From Histomonas meleagridis 2922-C6/04-290x (taxonomy: Eukaryota; Protista; Parabasalia): a DNA stretch of 64,000 nt. Both the position numbers and the translations under genes were made by a program. Of this stretch, positions 47,990 through 59,434 are shown in pieces. The stretch spans positions 645,897 to 709,896 of the forward strand of contig JAANOX010000126.1 of NCBI GenBank assembly GCA_020184695.1, in the 5' to 3' direction. The notes under the pieces are model-generated. The model saw only the letters and a list, made by a program, of their open reading frames with translations, ran no database searches and had not been told where the DNA came from. How positions within the stretch are numbered: the first letter of the stretch is position 1; each line of letters begins with the position of its first letter.

Positions 47990-48250
47990 CAAGTGCATGC
48001 ACTTAATATAGAAGTTTAACTTCGGTCAGATTCAAACAGATAAACATTAGCAGCACTTTTCGATCGGTTTTAATAGAATCGCGTTCAAAAAGTGAAACCG
48101 ATATTGCCCAATTTTTTCCACCAGTTTAATTTTCTTAGAAACTGATCAAAATCCGAAGAGACCGTTAAAATAACTGTTTAAAAATTCTTTCATTTTAAGC
48201 CAACAAATTCAAATCTCTTTCATTTTAGTAGATATTCCATATATAACCTA
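47990..48250 (-). pseudogene. Relic of a DUF3447-ankyrin family N-terminus
   Basis: 48056-48110 (TTTTCGATCGGTTTTAATAGAATCGCGTTCAAAAAGTGAAACCGATAT) matches 7985-8035 and reads YRFHFLNAILLKPIEKC, followed by a stop. Confidence 0.6.
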
Positions 48251-49113
48251 CTATTATTTTTGCCATATCTCTTTTGATGTTATTCTTTATATTAATATCT
48301 TATTGAATTTTGAAATTCCCTTATTAAATAGAACATTCGTTACGGAAGAAAAACAGCCAGAATAATCTCATAACAACGCATGCATACTGCAGCTTAGTGA
48401 TCCTCTAACAAATTCTTTATAAACCAAGGAATAGGAGAGGTACTTCAACTCTAAATTCTTCAATAGTTTTTCGTTGAAAATCAAAATATATAAACAACTT
48501 CGGGTATTGAGTTTAAATATAAATTTTTAGGCAATTTCGATTGCTGAATTTTGAGATCTCGATCTGAACAATTTTTCTTTTTTTTAAATCCTTTCGAATA
48601 ATAAAACCCTTCAAGGCCTCCAAAATAAATATCAAAAAATTTGCTTGGTTCTTATTCAATATTTGGAGAAAAAGTGAAAACATGTGAAAAAATCAAACAT
48701 TTCAATGCTAATTCAAAAGAATCTCTATATATCGAGTGTCCACGTGATTTTATTATTTACGTATTAATATAAGTGATATTTTTTTCATAAACACATATAT
48801 ATCAGCATTATTTAAATTGTTAAGAATAAGAAATTGTAGTTTCAAAATAGGTGAAATGAAAAACTAAAAGTCAAATGAAAAGAGGAAAACAAACTCTTTT
48901 TCGATTTTTCGTTACGTGGGATAAATTCTTCGATAAACACTTTTTAAATCTAATTATATTAATAATATAATTACGATATTTCTATTGAGTTGTGTAAAAT
49001 ATATTATGAAATTTTAGAGATATTTTTATCCAAAAATATTTTCAATACATATCTGTTCGGACTACTATTGAATTTTTTCCAGAAGTTAACGTACTCAATC
49101 CTATTGACCAAAC

Positions 49114-50286
49114 ATGTCAATAGCTGGTCTAAGTTCTTTCAAGAATACATATTCTAGCTCTTCCTCCAAATCCAATCAAACAACGGGTGCTGCAGGTTCT
49201 ACTGGCTTTAATTTTGGAGGATTCAAAGGTTTTGGAGGATCTGGAGGCGGAGGATTTGGTCAAAAACAAGAAAGCAAGATAAAAGAGACTGATACACTAG
49301 AAAATGTTGCCAAACTTCAAAATGAATCCATCCCCAAAAAAGACGAAAAAAAAGATGCAACATCACTTTCCAATGAAAAAAAAGATGCAACATCTACAAA
49401 AGGAAACGAAGTAAAATCTACTACAACATTGAGCCTTTCTTTCAACAAGCCTGAACCCAAAGATGATTACATCTATGCTGCCTCTGTTTTAGATGGGCTT
49501 ATCAAAATTGTCGATAGTTTTCAAAAAACTAATCTTCCAATAGAAGGCACTGATGCCTTTGAAAAGCGTCTTTCTAACATTATTGAGAGTGCCACTCGTT
49601 CCATAACACATACATTAATCACCTTGACCAATGAACTTGATCATGGCAATTCATCCATATCCGAGTACCGGTCACTTCTTGAGACCTCCAAGCGCGACTT
49701 GACCATAGCCATGCGACCTAATCGTTCAGGGACGTCACCATTTCTTATTCGTTATGTTGATTCTATACAAAAACGTGGGAAAATATTAGAAGAAGAACTT
49801 GATTCCTTTAGTAAAGCACTTGAGTCTGATGACACCATCAGTTCATCACAATCATTAAAGAATGTATTGATGCAACAACAAGAAGCTATCATTCGCTGTG
49901 GTTCTAAAGTCTCACAAATTAAAGATAAAGCAAATGATATACAAAAGGAAATAATTTCAAAGTTTAAAATCCGCGGAATCGACACGTCAAAACTTGACGC
50001 GCTTGACGAGGACGAAGCCGAAATTTCGAGAACAAAAACAATCAAAGAAGAATACGAACAGTTTTTGCAAACAAGAAAACACGACTTAGAGAAACATGAA
50101 ACAAATGAAGAAAAGTTTAAGAAGCCCGAAAAGAAAGCTGGGAATTCCTATAGTTTTGGTAACTTTAATTTCGGTAATTCGACTTATGGTAAGACAGGAA
50201 CTAATACAAGTACAACTACTGGATCAAATGCGGGCAGCGGCGGTATCAATATGAATACAAGTTTAAGCTTCAATACAAAGAAGTAA
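49114..50286 (+). CDS. FG-repeat nucleoporin, Nup58-like architecture
   Basis: FG repeats at both ends (GFNFGGFKGFGG, SFGNFNFG) flank a central coiled coil. Confidence 0.7.
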   Translation: MSIAGLSSFKNTYSSSSSKSNQTTGAAGSTGFNFGGFKGFGGSGGGGFGQKQESKIKETDTLENVAKLQNESIPKKDEKKDATSLSNEKKDATSTKGNEVKSTTTLSLSFNKPEPKDDYIYAASVLDGLIKIVDSFQKTNLPIEGTDAFEKRLSNIIESATRSITHTLITLTNELDHGNSSISEYRSLLETSKRDLTIAMRPNRSGTSPFLIRYVDSIQKRGKILEEELDSFSKALESDDTISSSQSLKNVLMQQQEAIIRCGSKVSQIKDKANDIQKEIISKFKIRGIDTSKLDALDEDEAEISRTKTIKEEYEQFLQTRKHDLEKHETNEEKFKKPEKKAGNSYSFGNFNFGNSTYGKTGTNTSTTTGSNAGSGGINMNTSLSFNTKK

Positions 50287-50581
50287 TAATAATTATGATA
50301 TAGAAGTTAAAAATTTTGGAAATATGAATTAATTTTCATATCCTTACGAAAGCATTTAACTATAAAATATAATTATCTCAAAATTTTGATTGGCTTCCTC
50401 CAATAACATTAAGTTTTTTTATGATAAAATGGTTCAGAAACAATTTATCAACATAAACAGAATAAATATTTTACTATAAATTAAAAAACTTTTGCAGATT
50501 TTTTACAGTTTTTTTGTAAATGGTAAATTTGTGTTTCAAAGAAAAATTAAAGATATTAATAAATAACATTAAAAAACAGTT

Positions 50582-52048
50582 TTATTTTTTATTTGCATAA
50601 TATTCTTGCCTTCTCTTTTGATGTGCAGCATTACCATCAACCCATAACCTCGTCCATATTGAGATATCTCTGTCATGTTGAGTAGACCCATAAGTGAATG
50701 GAGACCATAACCAAAATCCGAACAAAGTTAACATGCAGACTATAACAACCACAAAACCTCTATACTTCGCAGGCACAAATATATCTAAAGAAGCTGCAAA
50801 CGAAATTGCCGCAATCATTAAAGGTATACAATAATGATATTGATACATAACTCTTGGCACCAAAAAGAATGGCGCGTAACAACAAAACCAACCACAAACA
50901 AATTTTATACTTGTTAAAAACAATTTAAAGTTTCTCAAAAACGAAAAAACGCACAATATAATTCCTAAAAAGCCAAAATAATAAGAAAAAACATTACCTA
51001 AGCAACGAATTTCTTTCCCATTACGACCCCAAAAATATGTTGCGATTCCAGTAAGTAAAGGCCATTGTTTGGGGAAACTCATCGAATCATGGAACTGAGT
51101 AATACCCATATTACCTTGATGCATTTGTATTGTTAAAACAATAGACCTAAGTATTAATCCTGGGCTTTGTAATACGCGCGCATAAATTGGTGCTGAAACG
51201 GCAGTGTTTGGTATTAATTGTCGTTTCATTTCATCATTCAAATATGGGGTGCCCGGACCCGCTATCGGCAATAAAATGAAATGTATAGAAAACACTAAAA
51301 GATATACTAAGAATTGTATGATAAATAATGGGACGCCAATAATGATGAGTTCAAATAAATAATCTAAAAATCCTTCTTTCAATAGTGGATATAATTCAAT
51401 GAAAAATGTAAACGCATCAAACCCCATAAGACCCCACGCTGTGTTCTTACAACTACACGCAGCACCTAATGTAACACCAGATAAAAATAACCAGCGTCGA
51501 AAACGTGGTCTACGATGATTGAGAGAAACTGTATATAATAAAACAACAATATGAAGCATCGAAAAAAAATGTAAAATACCATCACTAAGAATATGACGTC
51601 CTTCAGTACCAAGGGATGTATCGAATATAATAAGAACTGAGGCTGCAAATGCAGAGACATGGCTAAATGATGAAAATCTGGAACAAAGATAAACTAGAGG
51701 ACCACATAAAGCTGAAAAAAAAGCAGGGGTTATACGAAGTGCAATATAATCTGCAATCGGATAATGCGGTAAGTTATGAAAACTTATTGAGCCATCATAC
51801 TCTGATAGATTTGCAAAAATAAATGCAACAATTTTTGCAAGAGGTGGATGAATATCATAATAAAATTGACCTTGAATATAATAATTTGTGAAATTACCGA
51901 AATATACTTCATCAAATACAATCCCATCTGGCCAATATAAATTCCAGAAACGGACAGCAAACGCAATCGCTGTTAGAAATAAGAGAAGAAATACATCTGT
52001 AGTATCGAGTGAAATTGTTGATTTATCTGTGTTTGTTTCTTTTCTCAT
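50582..52048 (-). CDS. PMT: Dolichyl-phosphate-mannose:protein O-mannosyltransferase (GT39), without MIR domains
   Basis: VFDEVYFG, DIHPPLAK, ILSDGIL, WPLL, YQYHY and multiple TM helices. Confidence 0.9.
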   Translation of the reverse strand: MRKETNTDKSTISLDTTDVFLLLFLTAIAFAVRFWNLYWPDGIVFDEVYFGNFTNYYIQGQFYYDIHPPLAKIVAFIFANLSEYDGSISFHNLPHYPIADYIALRITPAFFSALCGPLVYLCSRFSSFSHVSAFAASVLIIFDTSLGTEGRHILSDGILHFFSMLHIVVLLYTVSLNHRRPRFRRWLFLSGVTLGAACSCKNTAWGLMGFDAFTFFIELYPLLKEGFLDYLFELIIIGVPLFIIQFLVYLLVFSIHFILLPIAGPGTPYLNDEMKRQLIPNTAVSAPIYARVLQSPGLILRSIVLTIQMHQGNMGITQFHDSMSFPKQWPLLTGIATYFWGRNGKEIRCLGNVFSYYFGFLGIILCVFSFLRNFKLFLTSIKFVCGWFCCYAPFFLVPRVMYQYHYCIPLMIAAISFAASLDIFVPAKYRGFVVVIVCMLTLFGFWLWSPFTYGSTQHDRDISIWTRLWVDGNAAHQKRRQEYYANKK

Positions 52049-52142
52049 CTCTTTGGTTGGCGGTTAACGGTCAAATAATAAACGGTCATAAAGTAGGAAA
52101 AAAAGACAGAAAATACAAAAAATTTTGTCTTTTTAAAATATT

Positions 52143-52703
52143 TTAAGCTTTGGGAAAGTTCAGCTTTGTTTGTTTGGTGGTAGGCTTCTTTTCTTGATAC
52201 AAATATCTCCAAGGTTTGCTAATCCATGGTTCACCCGCATAATTTATACCAATTCGTGGTGTAGTGATGTAAGGAAGTGTTTCACCAATATCTTCAAGCC
52301 ATATTCTTGAAGATTTAATAAGATCTTCACCATAAAAAGTTTTATCCAATTTTAATGCTTTCCCTAATCTCCCTGGACCATCAATTCCTTTGGCACCTCT
52401 GATAAGAACAGCTTGTGGTGAATCTTTTTGGCCTGTAACTATGTTCAGAAGCCAATACATCCCATAAATCAAATAGACATATAAATGCCCACCTTTTTTG
52501 TAGAAAGCTTCTGTTCTTGGTGTTCTTCCTTTTGCTGCATGACATGCTTTATCTTCTTCACCACAATATGCTTCAACCTCTGTAATTTGGAATCTTCCAA
52601 TAGTACCATCATCAAATTTTCTGCAAATCACTTTCCCAATTAAGGTCGGGGTTACATCCAAAATTTCTCTTGTAAAAAATTCTCTTGGAATTCTTGTCAT
52701 CAA
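52143..52703 (-). CDS. MPG: 3-methyladenine DNA glycosylase (AAG/MPG family)
   Basis: ITEVEAYCG, YVYLIYGMY, AVLIRG, GPGRL, TPRIGI, PWRY. Confidence 0.93.
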   Translation of the reverse strand: MMTRIPREFFTREILDVTPTLIGKVICRKFDDGTIGRFQITEVEAYCGEEDKACHAAKGRTPRTEAFYKKGGHLYVYLIYGMYWLLNIVTGQKDSPQAVLIRGAKGIDGPGRLGKALKLDKTFYGEDLIKSSRIWLEDIGETLPYITTPRIGINYAGEPWISKPWRYLYQEKKPTTKQTKLNFPKA

Positions 52704-53142
52704 GAAAACAGCACTTTCTCAAAAGTGACTAATGCAACAACAAAAAAGTGACATCATCTGAAATTAATTCACGACAAAAATTTCTTTAAAAATGTAATTT
52801 ACCGAAAAATATCTTAGTTAAAGTTACATAAACGTTTATAATATGGTTTATCTAAAATTTTTCTATAATTATTTTAGCATTTGAGCAATTAATTCTTTTA
52901 GGACAATGATTTAAATAAATACTCATAATATGATTTCTAATTTATAAGAATTTGCAATAGTTATTTCTTAAATTTGGAAATATATTAAATCAACTGTGGA
53001 ATTTTTATTTTTTGGAAAAATTGCCAGAATCGAATTTTTTTTTGGTTTGTGAACCGTTGAAGCCTGCGGGGCCCTCTCAAAAAGTTTGGTTATCCACACC
53101 CTTAACCACTTTTCATAGGGGACAAAATTGACAAAAAAAGAG

Positions 53143-56100
53143 ATGAAAGAAGTAGCAGCATTAAAGGAACTTTGTCCTCAACTTGCAGCATCGGGCGTAA
53201 TGCTTCTGCTTAGGGAGATTAATGCACCCGAAGAAACGTTTTTAGACTTAGCAGAAATATGTATACCAAAGCTTCAAAATGAGCCATTCAAACAAGAAAT
53301 TTCCCAAATGATGTCAAGAATTATTGGAATGACTACAAGCGATTGCTTACTTTATTTTAATGCCTTAAAAGGAATAATTTTATCGTCATGCACAGAAAGG
53401 TCATTTCCAGAAACTTTCAACCAACTTGTTGAGAACATGTATGACTCTCTTGTTTTTGTATGTCAAATCACAGATAAACATGAATCATATAAACATGAAC
53501 GATCATTAACTACGCCAGAAACAGTTTTCCCAGATTCCTTCTTCCCCTATATAGAGTTATACCTAGAACTTGTCTATAAGCTTGTTGAAATGCAAAAGAA
53601 TATCGATTTTTCACAATTGTCAATTAAGATGCATTCAATTTTCTGTGACCTTCTTCTTCAAACTCCAAATATTCCAAACCTAGTTCGTTATGAAGGAAAA
53701 ATTTATTCATATCTTTCAAGTAATTCCGAGTGGCAATCAGTCATATTAAATCGAATCCAAAATCTTAATGGAAGCAAACAATCCCGTAAAGTCCTTGCAC
53801 CATTTCTTCGTAACCTTAAGTATCTTAAAGTTGTCGATCAAGAAACGATTAATCAATTAACATCAGCCGATATGAAATCTCTTGATTATGAAACTCAATG
53901 TGAATATGTGAAATTTGTTTCTAAGACAATTGTATCCTCCAACATCAAATCAGTTAGTCCCAAATTCTATAAGTTTGCATGTCAACTTTGTAGCTCAAAA
54001 CAAAAGAAAATTAATTTCAGTGCATTAAAAGCGGTTTTTGACATCATTTCGGTTTCCACAGAAAAAGTCAAAAACGAGAAAATATCGAAACTTATCAAAA
54101 CTTTATGTAAAGCAGAGCCACGCCAATTTTCCAAAATATTAGTTAAAGCATATAGGGCAATCTGTCCCAGCAAAATCCCCACATCCTTTTTCATTAAGGA
54201 ACTTCATCAAAACATATTTAAGAAGTCCAAATTATTTATATTTCCTGAGACATATGCAGAATATTTAGATGGTATTTGTGACTTTTATGTAAGTGCTACA
54301 TCAGATGATGTTAAATCGGTCACACCATTATTAAATGGAATTGCGACATTAGCACCACAATATGTTGACAATCAAACTTCATTAATATTTTTAATTAAAA
54401 TGATCAACAAGTTATATAAAACATCGAAACAACTTTCATCTGATTTAGTAGATGTGATATCAGCGAACATTAAAACGTTTTATTCAACTAAAGCAACGAA
54501 ACAATTACTGATTGAAATGATGCATTTAATACCAGTGTTATGGATACAATTAAAAGATGCGCCAAACACAATGTTACAAATGATAAACGAAGCAAATAAC
54601 TTACAAAACATTGATGTGTCTATAGCAGCTGTTAAAGGATATACAGAGTTAATGAAATTAAATGTAGTTAATGAAATTCCTGCAGAGTTAACAATGAATA
54701 TACCAATTAATTTAACAAAGCAAATTACAAACAAAATAAAACATGAACAAATTGTTCAAATATTATTATCATTAATTGATTTCTTTAAAGTATTAAAAGA
54801 ATCAAATGGTTATAAAGAGATTAACATTGATAACTTATTATTAGCAGTTGAAAGTAAAATATTTCCATTTATATTCATTAAAAGTAAAATGATGTATACA
54901 TCATTAAATGAATTATTTACAATATTTAATGAACTAACAAATAATTATAAATTAGCAAATTATTTCATTGATCAAAAGACAAAACAATTTTCATATTATA
55001 TTCAAAAGAATGAAAATTGGTTTATTGATATTTATGTAACAAGTGCACAATATTGGATGACAATGGATCGTTTTCAAGATCAAGAATATACAAACACATT
55101 TTTGATGGCATTATTACAATTAGCACGTTCTAATAAAGATGGCCAACCAATTGAAATCACGAAATCATTTTTATTTGCAGCACTTGAATATATGTATCGA
55201 TGGAAATTTAATGAAATCCAAAAATATATTCAAATGTTAGATCCATCGAATTGGAACATCTTATTCCAAGTTTATGAAGAATTAAACACTAAATATAATG
55301 GACAACCATTACAATACTTCTTATACATTCAAAACTCCATAATTACACATCGTAAATTTAAAGATTATAAAGGTGAAGAAGATATCTTTTTACCGACAAT
55401 TAAAAATTATCTTAAAGGTAAACGACTTCGATTCGAACGTGATATACCATTAGATAAAATGTCATTAAATGTATGTTCGACTTATATTAGAGTACATCCA
55501 GAAAAAATTGATGAATTAGCACAACTAAATGATATCATCGAATTCTTAATGAAGAAAGTTAATCCAAAAGAAATATTTGTTATTGACGAAGTGTTTTTAT
55601 TTGCAAGTTTGGACTTCTTTGCAGCGATAATAAAACATTTCCCAATTAAAGATGAAAGGATTAATGAAGTTGTAAATTATATTATCCAATTTTCGGAAAA
55701 GTCATCAGTTGATTCGATAATACAATATGTTATTACTGATTGTATCTCAAATTTATTTGCAAATAATGTTAATAGTCGATCAATAATTATTCATTCTGCA
55801 TTATCTTCAAGAAGATCACAAATTTTAGGTAACGCTATTCTAAAAAGTAATGTCGAATTCACACGTATGGAACTTACGCAATTATTTGTGTTAGGAATGT
55901 CAATATTTAATATTGAGCCAAGTTTTGGTATTAGTGTTGCAAAGTTATTATTAAAGGATAAATTGGAAATTAATCCATTCAGTAAATATGATATCGAAAC
56001 AGAACATAAAATTTGGGAACAAATCGAACAAAATCTTTCGGATGAAGAAGTCGACGTATACTTCGAAATGTTGGAAAGATCAGTAAATTCATTACAAAGA

Positions 56101-57669
56101 TCACCAAAAGTTCCATTGTTCTTTTCATATTTCTTGGAAAAGAATTTGAATCGTTCCGATTTCGAACCACTTTTCACAATATTTTCATCTTCATATAAAA
56201 ATGTTTCGAACTTTTTACCATTAGTAAAAGTGTTCGATAATTTGTTCCAAAATTGTTCAGATTCCATTAATGAAATGTTTGACTTTATGTTTGAAAATGA
56301 TAATAATTATCAATCGACTTCATTTGTATCGAACATTGCATTTAAGTCATGTCCAAATGAAGTATCGAAATATCTTAAGTCGAAATTAAAGTTTTTATAT
56401 ACTGAAAATCCAGAAGAGATTTGGGAATCATTCGAAAATGAATGTAACATTTCATCGATAGCTTGTTTGAGTATGATATTTGCGTTACAAATGGATTCCT
56501 TAAAATATTTCGATGATATTTTGCCACAAATAATTTTGTATTCATTATATTTACAAGGTAAAAACGTCCTCAAAAAGAATATTCCAATTCTGACGCATAC
56601 GTTAATATATCAACTGGAGGGAACGTTAAGCGAATCAATGAAGAGCACTTTTCTGTCACCGGAGATCTGTCGTAAAGTATTCGAACTTCTTAAGAAAAGC
56701 AGTGTTGAAAAAGCCGAACTTTTTGAGAAGCTTTGTATGCCCACGAAAATATCATCAATTTGTTTTTATATTATTAAATCTGTATCGACATTGTTTAGTG
56801 AGAAATCATTAAACTCATTAATTAATAACGCAGTTAATTTTGTCAAACATGATAACGTTAGTAACTTATTACAAATCCTTCCATCGATCTTTATACATTT
56901 AGGTTCTTTAGATCATCAGAAAGCTGTTTTATTTATGGAATTTTTACTTACGTTTGTCTATGAAAATAGAGATCAAAGGTTAATGTTAGCGTTAGCAAAT
57001 AATTTATCGATACTTGTCAAGAACAAATTAGGAAACTTAAATGGGATCAACAACAAAGTCATTTTATACACTGCACTTTCATCATTACTCTTAGTAGAAT
57101 CAAGTCAAAGTATATTATATTTGTCAATCATTAAGTTCCTTAAATACATGAGCAATTACTCCGCCGACAAAGAAGTTATTAATTCGGCAGCATTAATTCT
57201 CGAAGATTTACGTTCAATTCATAGCAACAACAATTCGATAACTTCTCTGATCAATGAAATAAAAGAAAAAACGCAGACTCAGTCGCGCTCCGACTTGTTG
57301 ACGTTCTTGGTACGACTCGCGTCGTCGAACATCGTCAACGAAAGTAACTTCAGAATGAACATCGTCTCGTACGTCTGCGGACTGTTCGATATCGTCGAAG
57401 AAGCGGACAAAGAAATTGCGCCGTTTTTGTTCATCAGCACATTCATCAGCGACGAAGAACTGTCGATCAAATACGCGAAGTTGCTCGCAAAGGTCATCCT
57501 CAGTCACCACGACATCGACTTGGAGTTCATGGACGTGCTGTTCTACATGTTCCCAACAATTATATTCTTCGACGAGAATACAAACGAAGAGTTTTACGTC
57601 GTGTCGCCCGAATACTTAAGCGTACAAACAATGAAAGGACTGCCGAAGTGCAAATTCGACGAACTTTAA
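53143..57669 (+). CDS. Large (~1500 aa) HEAT/ARM alpha-solenoid protein
   Basis: Intact long ORF, helical and Leu/Ile-rich; first ATG at 53143; family not identified. Confidence 0.75.
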   Translation: MKEVAALKELCPQLAASGVMLLLREINAPEETFLDLAEICIPKLQNEPFKQEISQMMSRIIGMTTSDCLLYFNALKGIILSSCTERSFPETFNQLVENMYDSLVFVCQITDKHESYKHERSLTTPETVFPDSFFPYIELYLELVYKLVEMQKNIDFSQLSIKMHSIFCDLLLQTPNIPNLVRYEGKIYSYLSSNSEWQSVILNRIQNLNGSKQSRKVLAPFLRNLKYLKVVDQETINQLTSADMKSLDYETQCEYVKFVSKTIVSSNIKSVSPKFYKFACQLCSSKQKKINFSALKAVFDIISVSTEKVKNEKISKLIKTLCKAEPRQFSKILVKAYRAICPSKIPTSFFIKELHQNIFKKSKLFIFPETYAEYLDGICDFYVSATSDDVKSVTPLLNGIATLAPQYVDNQTSLIFLIKMINKLYKTSKQLSSDLVDVISANIKTFYSTKATKQLLIEMMHLIPVLWIQLKDAPNTMLQMINEANNLQNIDVSIAAVKGYTELMKLNVVNEIPAELTMNIPINLTKQITNKIKHEQIVQILLSLIDFFKVLKESNGYKEINIDNLLLAVESKIFPFIFIKSKMMYTSLNELFTIFNELTNNYKLANYFIDQKTKQFSYYIQKNENWFIDIYVTSAQYWMTMDRFQDQEYTNTFLMALLQLARSNKDGQPIEITKSFLFAALEYMYRWKFNEIQKYIQMLDPSNWNILFQVYEELNTKYNGQPLQYFLYIQNSIITHRKFKDYKGEEDIFLPTIKNYLKGKRLRFERDIPLDKMSLNVCSTYIRVHPEKIDELAQLNDIIEFLMKKVNPKEIFVIDEVFLFASLDFFAAIIKHFPIKDERINEVVNYIIQFSEKSSVDSIIQYVITDCISNLFANNVNSRSIIIHSALSSRRSQILGNAILKSNVEFTRMELTQLFVLGMSIFNIEPSFGISVAKLLLKDKLEINPFSKYDIETEHKIWEQIEQNLSDEEVDVYFEMLERSVNSLQRSPKVPLFFSYFLEKNLNRSDFEPLFTIFSSSYKNVSNFLPLVKVFDNLFQNCSDSINEMFDFMFENDNNYQSTSFVSNIAFKSCPNEVSKYLKSKLKFLYTENPEEIWESFENECNISSIACLSMIFALQMDSLKYFDDILPQIILYSLYLQGKNVLKKNIPILTHTLIYQLEGTLSESMKSTFLSPEICRKVFELLKKSSVEKAELFEKLCMPTKISSICFYIIKSVSTLFSEKSLNSLINNAVNFVKHDNVSNLLQILPSIFIHLGSLDHQKAVLFMEFLLTFVYENRDQRLMLALANNLSILVKNKLGNLNGINNKVILYTALSSLLLVESSQSILYLSIIKFLKYMSNYSADKEVINSAALILEDLRSIHSNNNSITSLINEIKEKTQTQSRSDLLTFLVRLASSNIVNESNFRMNIVSYVCGLFDIVEEADKEIAPFLFISTFISDEELSIKYAKLLAKVILSHHDIDLEFMDVLFYMFPTIIFFDENTNEEFYVVSPEYLSVQTMKGLPKCKFDEL

Positions 57670-57690
57670 AAAGCAGTTTACGAATTAATT

Positions 57691-57694
<4 letters not shown>

Positions 57695-57730
<36 letters not shown>

Positions 57731-57767
57731 TGTATGTGTATGTGTGTGTGTCTGTCTGTGTGTGTGT
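57695..57767. repeat. Compound (TG)n microsatellite, about 72 nt
   Basis: Read directly from the sequence, 25 nt after the stop of the HEAT gene. Confidence 0.96.
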
Positions 57768-59071
57768 AAGCTTTATTTAATTTTAATAGCATTTTTCTGC
57801 TGGATATGAAAAAAAAGTGACGAAAATTAATTGAGTAATTTATTCAAATGGCTTTAATCGTTTTCGATTCAAATTTGAATTAAAACCCCCTCTAACTTGA
57901 CACCCAATATGATTTGTTTTATTCTTGAATGTTTGCATCAACACATGAGTGATGGCTTATCTAAATATAAATTAAAACTATTTGCCAATTAAAAGATTTT
58001 CGATCTCTATAAAACCTTTACTTTTTGTCAAAACAAAAGATTTCATTTTTAATGACGTGAGAAAAAGGTTTGAACAGAGTGTATCATTTTTCTTGAAAGA
58101 AAACATTATGAAAATTATGTTTCATTTCGATTTTTATTTTATGAGATCAAAATATTTTTCATACGATTCAGCAATGCCATCAAAAGTTCTTTATGATGTT
58201 CTTCGTCTACAAAAGAAAATGTGACATTTTTTTGAATTATAGCAAATTACATTTTCGGTATATTGTTTACCATTCCACGTTGTAGAGAAACCTCTAGTCA
58301 CACGAACAAGCAATATTGCTTTTGTTTTCGACTTAAAGTAAGATGTTCTTGTCCTTTCATTAAAATTTCCATTGTTTTTCGGAACATTGCAATTCCAGTT
58401 CTATTTCTTTTTGGTAAGCCCAAAGCACGACTTGCTTCATGATTTGACATAACGTTCGCCAATATAGGCGGTTAGACAATTTGGTCAGATTCATTCAAAA
58501 TTCTATCGTTATTCAAAAGTGACGAACAACCGTTTATGGAGGCACCTCCAAATGCCACTTTTTTAAGAACGAAAATCTTCTCCAACGATTGGAGAATCAG
58601 CTTTTAAATTGTGTGAAAATTGATCAAATGTTACTATTGTTGCCAACACTTTTTTTGTTAGAGTTTTTCTTATAATACACTTTATAATATTATTGTATTT
58701 ATGTTTTTGCATTTTGCTTTGTTAATCGATAAAATGTATAATGTATATTGCGATTTTGATGACTTTCATATGCTTGTATGTTGACATCAACTTTTGTTTT
58801 GGTAATTTTCTTTCTAGTGTTTTATGCGAACATTTGTTGATTTTGATTGTTAGCAATATACGCTTCATTTCTATTTCTTGTTGAAATTGATGATTTGATG
58901 TTATTGAAGATGACATTTAGAATTTTTTGTAATTTTTGCACGAAGTAAATTTACAATTTCTGTGTAACTTTCTTGTCGTGCAATTTGAATTGCTGTCAAA
59001 TATTGTGAAAGCATATTCTAAATTATTAAAACATATTTTAAGTTTATAAAACATATTCCAAATTATTCAAA

Positions 59072-59166
59072 TGAATATTTTTTGCATTGACATCAATTCC
59101 TTCTTTATCTAAAAATAATTTTACTATTTCTATATTATTATTTCTAACTGCTATATGAAGTGCTGT
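59072..59166 (-). pseudogene. Isolated ankyrin module of the same family
   Basis: TALHIAVRNNNIEIVKLFLDKEGIDVNAKNI on the minus strand. Confidence 0.75.
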
Positions 59167-59169
59167 TTC

Positions 59170-59325
59170 AAATTATTAAAACATATATAAAATTATTAAA
59201 ACATATTACAAATTATTAAAACATATATAAAATTATAAAAACATATTATAAATTATAAAAACATATTATAAATTATTAAAACATATTATAAATTATTAAA
59301 ACATATTATAAATTATTAAAACATT
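59170..59325. repeat. ~21-nt minisatellite (AAATTATTAAAACATATTATA)n, about 7 copies, occupying the spacer position of the ankyrin relic
   Basis: Tandem copies read directly; similar units also lie at 59020-59065. Confidence 0.85.
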
Positions 59326-59434
59326 TTGAATCAAACCGTCATAAATAAACGACCGTTTGAATAAAATGTGCAATTCATTTTTTTTTTTTGACAAATTTCA
59401 CTTTTTGTGAATTCACAGCTGTTGAATCTTTGCT

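Noticed and set aside
9735-57619. Many 60-160-aa ORFs antisense to or overlapping long genes (e.g. 10563-10889, 14140-14433, 55791-56267)
   Set aside because: Shadow ORFs produced by the codon bias of the real gene.
57982-58916. Degraded minus-strand coding-like region (helicase or TE guess)
   Set aside because: Many stops and no motif I can match with confidence; needs tblastn.
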